Part shown: in pieces, positions 54,969 to 64,000 of the stretch | How positions within the stretch are numbered: position 1 is the first letter of the stretch | Layout: each line of letters opens with the position of its first letter | NCBI GenBank assembly: GCA_963796965.1 | Contig: CAWCNS010000005.1 | Coordinates: 608,001-672,000, forward strand | Direction of reading: 5' to 3' | Source of the DNA: Calditrichia bacterium | GTDB lineage: Bacteria; Calditrichota; Calditrichia; JAJRVZ01 | DNA: 64,000 nt | The notes under the pieces: model-generated | The model's input: the letters and a program-made list of their open reading frames with translations, nothing else | Databases searched by the model: none | Told to the model about the DNA's origin: nothing | Position numbers and translations under genes: made by a program

Positions 54969-55372
54969 TCACGCAAAGACGCAAAGTCATTAAAAAACAA
55001 GTCCACAAATTTCACTGATTAGGATAAATTACATGATTATCTCACGCAGCGACGCCACGCCGCAACGAAAATAACAACATTTTTTTATGCGTAAAAGCAT
55101 CTGATAATATTTTACACTTTTTTGCTTGATCACTAAATATTGAATATTGATTATTGAATATTCATTTTACCACTTACTCTTGAGCCGACATGCGCTGGCA
55201 GGAACATCCCGTAGAACGGAAACTTCGACATAGTCTGTCCCTACTTGATCATTGAATGCTGATTATTGTATATTGAATATTTTTGTCCACTGCCACGCGA
55301 CTCTCCACACTTTACGCTCCTCTCTCAACTGTCTTCTGTCTTCTCTTTTCGCTCTTCTTTCTACGCTTTACA
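54969..55372. repeat. Intergenic mosaic of octamer, nonamer, heptamer and GTAG REP-like repeats
   Basis: TCACGCAAAGACGCAAAG, TCCACAAATTTCACTGAT, TCTCACGCAGCGACGCCACGCCGCAACG (55040), (ATTGAAT)n, GTCTGTCCCTAC, CTTTACG/CTCCACA heptamers. Confidence 0.7.
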
Positions 55373-55373
55373 G

Positions 55374-57456
55374 TTAGCGAATAATCACCTCATCTAAAAA
55401 CACCCACGCTTTACCCCCTGCTCCCTTATGCCACTCAGGACAAATACCAATATTCACAACTTTTATCTTTATATATCTGACTTTTAAATTTATATCATTT
55501 AGCGCAATATCTCGTATCGTTTTCTTATTATTTTGCTCACGGGCTTCTGGTGCGATATGCCTTAATTCGGTAAATGCCTGACCGTTAGTAGAAACAGAGA
55601 ACTCAATCCTTTCCGGTAGAAAAATCCAATAATTCTGATTTTGCAATAAACCCAGTTTAATTTCTTTAATCATCTGTTCATTTTTCAGATCAATCAGGAG
55701 TTCTATATCTTTTTCTTCAACGCCCACCCAATAGCCATCATCATGGGCAGATGAAGCCCTTATCCCATCCGTTAATCCTGATGGACCATCTTTGCTATAT
55801 TTTACTTCTACATCACTTATCAAACTCACTTTTGCACCAACTCCCATATGGTTAACACTTGTGGTATCAAAAATGGTATTTCTAACTTTCATAGCCCGCC
55901 AGATATCGGGATAAACATCATTTTTTTGTGGTATGCCCGGTGTACTTCGGCCTTCATCCACATACTTTTCCAGCAAACGGATCATTCTATTGGCTATATC
56001 CGGATACTTAGCATAAACATTGTTTTTTTCTCCCCTATCCTTGTCTATATTATAGAGTTGCAGCATGGGCATATTTTCCATCATCGCCCGTTCCGGAGAG
56101 AGTGACCACCCGCCTGACCCCGGACAGATGGCCAGTTTCCAGTCACCTTTCCGGATGGCAAATGATCCGTCAACTGAATGATGGACCGTAGCTTCACGAA
56201 TTGGATCATCGTAATCTTCCCCCAGCAAAGCGGATAGAATGTTATAGTTATCTTCCCCGGCATCTTCAGGAAGATCTTCATTAAGGAGTGCTGCTGTAGT
56301 CGCAAAAAGATCTGTTAGGCAAATCGTTTCCTTTGAGGTGGTTCCGGGTGAAATTTTTCCAGGCCAACTAGGCAATAAAGGGTACCCGATGGCCACCCTC
56401 CCAGATATCTGATTTAATACCCCGGTAAATATAGCTGGGATAATGACCGAATTTATTGACGGATGAGGTTGCCCCCTCCATGTTAGTCCCATCCCGTCCT
56501 GGTGAACCATTATCACTGGTAAATATAATGAGTGTGTTTTCATCCATTCCGGTTTCATGCAGAGTCTGCATCAGATGACCAACAATATGATCAATTTGAA
56601 AAACAAAATCCCCGTAAGCACCAGCATCACTTTTTCCCTGGTAATCAGGAAGAGGTGCAATTGGGGTATGCGGTGCCGTTAATGGAAAATAAAGAAAAAA
56701 AGGTTGGCCGGCAGTGGATCGTTCCTCAATATAGGTAACCGCCTTATTTTCTAATTCGGATAAAATAGGCTCCAACGTCCAATCTTCAAGCATGATCCCG
56801 GGAACGCCATATAAGGTGGATGGTTTTTCAAGAGAAGGGATTCCAAGGGTCCGATCATTCTCAATAAAACAATAGGGAGGATAATTTGGTACATCAACAC
56901 CAAAATAATAATCAAAACCACGATAGATGGGACCATTTTGAATGGGGCGGTTAAAATCCACATTCCAGCCAAACTCAGATCCTGTCGTCTCCAGGGGCTT
57001 GCCATCCTTTCCCGGCCACTCCCAACCCAAATGCCATTTACCAATACAAGCCGTGTGATATCCCTGGATTTTAGAAAAATTCCGCGCACCGTTAACCTAT
57101 CTACTATCGATAAGCGGACGATCATAACTCCAGAGAACCCCCTGTTGCAGGGTTGTCCGCCAGGCATAACGTCCGGTTAAGACACCATAACGTGTAGGGG
57201 AGCATACCGCTGAACCGGAATGGGCATCCGTAAAGGTGATTCCCTGACCTGCAAGCCGGTCAATATTAGGGGTTGGAATTTTCGAATCAGGATTAAGGTA
57301 ACCAATATCTCCATAACCCAGATCATCTGCTAATATGTAGATAATATTCGGCGTTTGCTCACTTGAATTTTGACTTAAACATGTCACTGTGAAGAACAAA
57401 ATAATCCATAGTATTTTTGAGCGGACGTGTCTATACTGATTCACTTTAATCCCCAA
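55374..57456 (-). CDS. Arylsulfatase with C-terminal F5/8 type C domain (frameshifts near 57090 and 56370)
   Basis: ADDLGYGD, CSPTRY, GKWHLG, APHTP, SDNG, EGGHRVP; tail CPEWHKGAGGKAWVFLDE. Confidence 0.85.
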
Positions 57457-57678
57457 ATTAAGAAAAATATTTTGATTAAATACGATCTAAAATATTAAGA
57501 GACCTACTTGATAAATACAACCCTAATTTACACTTTCAACATACACATGCTTCATATAGATTGTTAGCGTTGTATTAAAACCGGGAATTGATTATTTTGA
57601 TTTGAATACCACAATAAAAGTTAATCAAATATGTCCTCCTGTTTTTAATTATAAGATAATATTTATCGGGGTAAAATA

Positions 57679-59397
57679 ATGAGTTGGATTTTTGGTATCA
57701 GAGGAAAATCCACAGACAAAATGATTATCAGAATCAAGGATCTTCTTCCCTCAAACTATATAGAGGTAAAAACTAATAATTTGCATATGTTCTCCAGCAA
57801 ACCAAATGATACCACTTTTTTCAATATGACATCCGATGCATCTACCGGTTTTATGGTCTGTGGTCTGGGAATTAAAACAGTAAATGATCAGATAAATTTC
57901 ATGAATACCGCGGACTGGAAAGGGATCCTTAACGGGAGCATTGAAAATACAAGAAAACTAAATGGACATTTTACGGGAATTAAGTGGACGAGCGGCAGTA
58001 CGATTTTATTTACAGACGTTTTAGGTCTTCGAGAAATGTATCTGGCCGAGATAGATGGTACTCTGATCTTTTCGACCCATTTAAATTGGATAACAAAGAT
58101 AAGCGGATACTGTGACGTAGATTTTAAGCAGTTTGGAGCTGTATGGAATAGTTTTAATCAGATCTCACATAAGAATGTTATTTCTAAGATGCAAAGATTA
58201 GGGCCAGGTTCAATTGCTGTTTTAGACAATACTACCGTACACTATGACCGCAAACCCTGGCTACCGGACAGTTCTCTATCTGCTTCTCCAGAGCAATTAA
58301 AGGACAAGATAAACAAGTTCACACTCTTCCCCCTGGCCAACAATCGATCGATATCGTTAGGACTCTCGGGCGGAATTGATTCCCGTGTCCTGATCAAGAT
58401 TTTATCATCTCAACCAAATGATAACTGGAGCCTGCATACATTTGGAGACCCGGGTCACCCGGACATAAGAATTGCCGGAGAGATCTGCAAAAAACTTCAT
58501 AAAGAACTGGTCGTACTCAATACAGATTTACCCGACCCAAATGAATGTGTTCAGTGGATTAAAAATCACTTCGGACAAAACACCGTTCATATGCCAGCTT
58601 CCGAAATCATGAGATTAAGATGGTATCTCCCTCTCAGACAACAGGATAAAGTCGTAATAGACGGTGGTTTTGGTGAAATTGCCCGCAGGCAATATCTTAA
58701 CCGTTTGCTGTTAAAGGGTAAAAAAGCCCTGATAAACAAGGACAGTGAGACCATAGCAAATCATCTAAGACATCATAGAGCGGACATATTTAATTTTGAC
58801 ACAAAAAGCGAAATGGAACACGGTTATTATCTACAACTGGATGAATATATTGGTGATAGTCCCGATATAACTAAATTTGGAATGGAAAATTGGGTAGATC
58901 TTCTAGCTATACGCACACGACTATCAAACTGGTTTGGTTTTGCTCAGGCTTGTGTTGATGGGTTGGCAACGAACTATATGCCCTTTGGCCAAAAGGATGT
59001 GATAAATGATATTTTAAATCTCCCGCTTCACCTCAGAAAAAACGGAAAATTATGGCGAAATATGATTAAAGATTCACCGATGGATCTGGCGAGTTTTCCA
59101 CTTGTAAAGGGAACAATTACCTATCCTTTTAATATATCTACCTTAGGGGCATTGGCCTGGACATCTGCTAAAAAAATGGCAGGTATGTACTATAGAGATT
59201 TTGAATCCGTGCTTTTTATTGATCATATGAAAGAATGTATTTTGGATTTTGTCAACTCTGAAAATGTCAAATCGTACCCGCATTACGATTACCCATCCAT
59301 AAAAAACATGATAGATAAATATTTTGCAGGTGAGAAACAGTTAGCCAGACAAATTGATTGGTGGCTTGCCTTTGAACTATGGCGAAGATCTTTGTAA
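57679..59397 (+). CDS. Asparagine synthetase-like ATP-dependent amide ligase lacking the N-terminal catalytic Cys
   Basis: Ntn-like N-domain (MSWIFG, LNGHF, TDVLGLRE), PP-loop LSGGIDSR, VIDGGFGE, YMPF, terminal AFELW. Confidence 0.75.
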   Translation: MSWIFGIRGKSTDKMIIRIKDLLPSNYIEVKTNNLHMFSSKPNDTTFFNMTSDASTGFMVCGLGIKTVNDQINFMNTADWKGILNGSIENTRKLNGHFTGIKWTSGSTILFTDVLGLREMYLAEIDGTLIFSTHLNWITKISGYCDVDFKQFGAVWNSFNQISHKNVISKMQRLGPGSIAVLDNTTVHYDRKPWLPDSSLSASPEQLKDKINKFTLFPLANNRSISLGLSGGIDSRVLIKILSSQPNDNWSLHTFGDPGHPDIRIAGEICKKLHKELVVLNTDLPDPNECVQWIKNHFGQNTVHMPASEIMRLRWYLPLRQQDKVVIDGGFGEIARRQYLNRLLLKGKKALINKDSETIANHLRHHRADIFNFDTKSEMEHGYYLQLDEYIGDSPDITKFGMENWVDLLAIRTRLSNWFGFAQACVDGLATNYMPFGQKDVINDILNLPLHLRKNGKLWRNMIKDSPMDLASFPLVKGTITYPFNISTLGALAWTSAKKMAGMYYRDFESVLFIDHMKECILDFVNSENVKSYPHYDYPSIKNMIDKYFAGEKQLARQIDWWLAFELWRRSL

Positions 59398-59402
59398 GCG
59401 AA

Positions 59403-61116
59403 TCAAAGTGATACGAAAATAATATCCCTAATATTTAGTTTTGTAGAGATATCATAAACCTTTAATAATCGGACCGGGTGTCCAAAAATCAGGCTGAAAG
59501 GCAATAATTTCTTTACCCTTGTTTTTTACATCACTATAAAATTCCTCACCTCCGTGATTTTTTCTTTCATAACCGGACTAAACCTCTCCCTATCACATTC
59601 CAGATAAGGTCCATAGTACCAACTATTGGTTACCAAATAGGTAACATCCTCAGCCTGTAATTCTTCCACTGACTTTCTTCTATATCCTGACATCTGATTT
59701 TCATAGAGATTATCACCATCATGTATCGGGGATTGATGCAAAATTACAACAGGTACATTTGAGATGTTTCTGGGGTGCTTTTGATAGGGAAGTAAACGCC
59801 GTTTAATTTCCTCTGGAAGTTGCCCGCTGCTTGCGCCGTATTCTGTATAGCGATGCACATCGAACAATCCCAGATCAAAAGTATAATGATCATAACAGAT
59901 TTTTGTGTTCCCCGCCAGGTTATTCTTTAGCCATTCCGTAGCCTTCTCCCTTGTATCCATATTCAATGCCAGAATATTTTGATGGACAGACATTAATAAC
60001 GAAGGAAGAAACACGAGAACAATCAAAGTATTTCTCAGCAATTTTTGCTTTTCTAATTTTCCCCATACCTGGTCCAGCCACATACTAAACAAAACAATCC
60101 ATGCCGGAAAAATGGCAAATAAATAATCTACACCTTTTTTTTGCCAACTTCCTACATAGAGAAATGTAACAAGTAGAGGAATTAGCATTATCAGGTGAAG
60201 GGGTTTTCTTTTTATTAAAAAAAACAGAGTACTGACAAAAAACCCTATCCCAATAACAAGTTCATGGGATAATAATTTCTCTAATTTCCCAGATATAGTT
60301 TAATCCGAATTCCAACGATACGGCGCTTTGCATCTGGGTGGACATCAATATATACCCATCATAAAAGTCAGAAAATCTGAGTAGCCAAAGTGGATTAAAA
60401 ACCAGAAATCCCACAATGATGGCAAAAATGGAGGCGGAGCCATATTTCCACAAATTTTCACGCCTATGTTCTATCCAATGCAGAATAATTAATGTAAATA
60501 ATCCCAAAACCAGAAAACCGGCATTATATTTCATACCTATAGCCAGACCAATAAAAAAACCTGATAATAGGTAATTTTTTCTGGATGCGCTCCTGTATGT
60601 TTCTAATAAGGTCAGTATTGCCAATGTAGAAAAAAGTATTAATAACGTGTCAGAAACAGCAAAACGGCTAAATTGAATATAATAATATCTGAAAGCGGAT
60701 AAAGACTGCGGCAAAGCGGGCTGTAGTTTCACCAAATAATTTTTGAGATCGAACATAGAGTATGAGTACTGTTAGGAGAGAGAATAAGATATTAGTCACG
60801 CGGCCGGCAAGATAGAATAATGACGGATCAATTAAATACCGGATGGCAAAGTCACCCGTATTACTAAATATCCCAATTACTGTCCCTGAAATATAGAGAA
60901 CACCATAGAGTCCTGCCAAAATATACATATAGGCCGTTGGATAAATATATATAAGCGGATCAATTGACTGTCTGGCCCCCATCCCCAGCGTCGTTTTAGA
61001 AAGAAAGTATTCAGTAGAGTTATAGGCTGCCGGCAATCCCAAAGAGTCAATCCTCTACAGAAGGCAGATAAGAGAACAATCCAGATAAAGTGATTTTTTT
61101 TCAATAATTTGTCCAT
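59403..61116 (-). CDS. Membrane GT-C glycosyltransferase (PMT/ArnT-like), multiply frameshifted
   Basis: Fragments with YPT..MY, GRVTN, GLAIGMKYNAG, DTREKATEW, PGPII; many transmembrane segments. Confidence 0.7.
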
Positions 61117-61119
61117 TTG

Positions 61120-61475
61120 TTAATTAATTACAGGCAGATCAGGCAGCGCCACTTCTTTAACTGTATCTTTCTCTCTTGGTAAATCTGCCCCCGTATTTTT
61201 AAGCCAATATATCAGTAAGTTCCTCAATTTTCCCACTATTTCCGGATTCGATCCAGCCAGATGCTATTTTCTCCTATATCCTCAGCCAGATTATAAAGTT
61301 CCCATTGCCGGGTTTCATAATAAAAAAGAAGTTTATAGTCTCCTTTGTAACGACTGAAACCGGTGTGGTCCGAAATCCAATTGCCCATCTTTGCCAGTGC
61401 GTCCATTGAGATAAGCAGGAAAATGCCAAAGAGTTCAAAGAGCCCTAATACCCGCAGACAAAGGGCGGTTATCAC
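61120..61475 (-). pseudogene. Degenerate 3' remnant of a sulfatase paralogous to 61522-63068
   Basis: Reads [23 protein letters not shown] / KGDYKLLFYYETRQWELYNLAEDIGE / [19 protein letters not shown] across frames; no 5' part. Confidence 0.75.
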
Positions 61476-61521
61476 TAAGAATCCAGATAAAATTATATTT
61501 TTTCAATTGCTGTCCAGATTA

Positions 61522-63068
61522 TTATTTGTCTACCAATGGATCCGGCAGGGCCACTACTTCTCCGGTGACTTTTTCCCGTGGCAAATCAGCCCCTGTATCC
61601 TTTAGCCATGTGACCAGTAAAGTCCCCAACTCGGTTACCTTTTCAGTATTAATTTTGGCCAGATTTTCGCTCTCACCAATGTCAGCAGCAAGATCATACA
61701 GTTCCCAATGACGCGTTTCATAATAATAGATAAGTTTAAAGTCACCTTTTCTTATAACAGAAACCGGGGTTGTTCGAAAATCCAGCCGGCCATCCTTACC
61801 CTTGCGGGCATTGAGATAAGCGGGGAAATGCCAATAAAGCGCTCTTTCTTCCATTTTCCCATCAACAAGTGTTGGGACAAGACTAAGGCCGTCTAACAGT
61901 GTATTTTCCGGTTTTTCTGCCTTCGCAACCTCAACCAGGGTTGGATAAAAATCTACCGTTATCACTGGGTTATGATTAATACTGCCCGCTTTCCATCACC
62001 CCATCCCAGCGAACAATCAACGGAACACGTATCCCACCCTCCTTAAGAGATCCTTTCCCATCGCGCAAAGGAAATTGATCGGTTATTTCTAATCCGGTTA
62101 TACCGGAGCGTTCAAATCCACCAAGACCACCATTATCAGAATAAAAAATGACCATGGTATTTTCAATAAGTTTTTTATTTAAATTATTGGGATCATTAGT
62201 CGTTTCGAGAAAGGCTATCAGCCTACCGATATTATCATCAAAACTTTTTATAAAACCGGCATAGGTCTGATTGTCATGATACTTTGTTTTAGATTTTGTA
62301 TCAAAATAGTGCTATATCCTCTGCTGGTGCTGAGATAGGTGTGTGTACAGCAAAAAAGGACATATAGACAAAAAATGGCTGGCCTTTATTCGCTTCCATA
62401 AAATCTAATGCGTTTCCTGTAATACGATCATCGAGCCACTCTCCGGCCTTTCCGTTTGGGGGAAGACCGGGCATGAGGGGTGCATTTCTCTTTGCCGGAA
62501 ACGCGCCCTCTCCATTGGCGAAAAAGCCACCCGTAGAGCCGCCAATATTGGTTCCGGCAATATTAATATCAAATCCTTGTTGATCAGGCAACCCTCCTCC
62601 GTGATGACCTCCAAGGTGCCATTTCCCAAAATGGCCAGTCGCATAACCAGCCTCTTTTAGGACTTCTGCCAGCATAACCTGCTCAAGATCTAGATAGAGT
62701 TTATTATCTGCCGCTTCCAACCCTCTTTGCTCAGGTTTGGAGCGGTTTGGATCCGATACGGTGTACATTTTCGTGCGTGTGCCATACTGCCCGCTCATCA
62801 GGGAAGCGCGTGTGGGGGCACAATTGGGTCCACAGGTATACGCATTGGTAAAAGACATACCCTTTGAAGCCAATTTATCCACATTGGGGGTTTCATAATA
62901 ATTGCTACCATGTCCCAGATTTGGAGAACCGGTACTGACATCTGTCCAGCCTAAATCATCGACGATGATGAAGAGAATATTTGGTTTATCGGTGCTCTCA
63001 CCTCCCCCCATCATGCAAGATGTTGAGACGATCATAAATATCAGAGCAATGAAATTACGTTTTCTCAT
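61522..63068 (-). CDS. Cys-type sulfatase, lipoprotein (frameshifts near 62300 and 61995)
   Basis: VDDLGW, CAPTRAS, GKWHLG, FAVHTP; SDNGG and EGGIRVP read in the gap; LYWHFPAY. Confidence 0.85.
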
Positions 63069-63342
63069 ATTTATCCCAATAAAAAGGGGTAATTTTAAAA
63101 ATTATCATATTTAATTCCCAATTTAGAACTCCAAAATATTAGATAATAGTTAATCACCAAAATCTTCATGGTTTTTGTGTTTCCTACGTGCTCCCTTATT
63201 ACTTCATGACGGACCACGAACATACCACGAAGTCCAGGATACTAATCGAGAGTCCAGTATCGATATTCCATATTTATATATGATGAATTAAATATTACTC
63301 AGGAAAGTGCAAAAATACAAGGTAGGTGTCATGACAGAGATT

Positions 63343-63538
63343 TCTCGTATCTCGTATCGTGTGTCTCTCATTTACTCAGACAGGATCACAGGATTTACAA
63401 GATTTACAGGATTTCATTTTAGTATTTTTGATTTGGAATTATGGATTTTGGAGAAACCAAACATCCTAAAATCCAAATTCCGAATTCCGAAATATATTAT
63501 CCTGTAAATCCTGCCTGTCCCGTCGGGGTGATCATGTC
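63343..63538. repeat. GACAGGAT inverted arrays around inverted heptamer arrays
   Basis: GACAGGATCACAGGATTTACAAGATTTACAGGATTT ... TTTGGAATTATGGATTTTGGA / TCCAAATTCCGAATTCCGAAAT ... ATCCTGTAAATCCTG..ATCATGTC; preceded by (TCTCGTA)n. Confidence 0.75.
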
Positions 63539-63568
63539 AAAATTTTTATCCCTGTTATACATTTTATG

Positions 63569-64000
63569 CTATCTCACGAGTACCATTTTCTTCACCTCCG
63601 TAAACTCTCCAGCCTTGATCCGGTAGAGATAAACCCCTGAAGAAAGATCACTGCCGTCAAACTGATACGTGTGTTTGCCCGCCTTTTGTTTATCATTGAC
63701 AAGTGTAGCAATTTTTTGTCCAAGAAGATTATATACACTCAGTTCAACCTCACTGCTCAGGGGTAACTGATAACTGATCATTGTTTTTGGATTAAAGGGA
63801 TTTGGATAGTTTTGACGTACTTGGAATTTCTGTGGGAATGAGACCTCTTCAATATTTGTGACAGTAACGGGTGCACTAAATTCTGATGTATTCCCAAGGC
63901 TATCACGTGCCGTAGCGGTAATATAGGGCAATTCCGTTAAGCCTGGGACTGATACTGTAAACTTACCCTGTAAATCTGTCATAGTTGAATCGATAAAGAT
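63569..64000 (-). CDS. C-terminal part of a secreted protein with QNYPNPFNP sorting-like domain (runs off the window)
   Basis: TATARDSLGNTSEFS followed by QNYPNPFNPKT...LSSGVYLYRI...KKMVLVR. Confidence 0.8.
   Translation of the reverse strand: MFIDSTMTDLQGKFTVSVPGLTELPYITATARDSLGNTSEFSAPVTVTNIEEVSFPQKFQVRQNYPNPFNPKTMISYQLPLSSEVELSVYNLLGQKIATLVNDKQKAGKHTYQFDGSDLSSGVYLYRIKAGEFTEVKKMVLVR

Noticed and set aside
19917..55071. Dispersed CACGCAGCGACGCAACGCCGCA copies as a CRISPR array
   Set aside because: Copies are kilobases apart and inverted, there are no regular spacers, and no cas genes are present
57457..59397. Lasso peptide cluster around the asparagine synthetase-like gene
   Set aside because: No precursor ORF, leader peptidase or RRE gene is visible nearby
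61120..61965. Diversity-generating retroelement template/variable repeat pair
   Set aside because: Differences are not adenine-specific, indels are present, and there is no reverse transcriptase in the window
3859..63068. Stop-codon reassignment or selenocysteine/pyrrolysine readthrough explaining the split genes
   Set aside because: The junctions examined change frame rather than crossing an in-frame stop, and TAA, TAG and TGA all end intact genes
63310..63317. Bacteroidota-type -7 promoter TATTTTTG on the minus strand
   Set aside because: No matching -33 element, and such a match is common by chance in AT-rich DNA
1516..63626. Short ORFs in the track, such as 1516-1749, 9061-9540, 20124-20312, 31239-31490, 44137-44382, 52921-53133 and 63307-63507
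   Set aside because: They are antisense or alternate-frame shadows of real genes, or translations of intergenic repeats, with no recognisable motifs

Overview
This 64 kb window is AT-rich bacterial DNA with almost all genes on the minus strand. Shine-Dalgarno-like sites and secreted proteins ending in QNYPNPFNP domains suggest an FCB-group lineage such as KSB1 or Calditrichota (inference). It is one large glycan-degradation locus without susC/susD genes. It encodes six GH29 and two GH95-type fucosidases, five Cys-type sulfatases plus one relic, GH38, GH3, a GH43-like propeller, a six-hairpin glycosidase, two PNGase F-family enzymes, a sodium:solute symporter, a ROK kinase with a long mannose-6-P isomerase, and an L-fucose dehydrogenase/lactonase pair. 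Two things stand out. (1) Five UroD/MtaA-fold genes are interleaved with the sugar modules, and the run ends in a PhyH dioxygenase and an MtaB methanol:corrinoid methyltransferase. This is a candidate cobalamin-linked system for demethylating O-methylated glycan sugars. (2) Most intergenic gaps are filled with nested inverted arrays from several short repeat families with 7-, 8- and 9-nt periods, plus REP-like palindromes. One element is visibly interrupted by two others, and many arrays start right after stop codons. About 14 genes carry single-base frameshifts, most likely long-read errors. The right end holds a Cys-less asparagine-synthetase-like gene and a GT-C glycosyltransferase.
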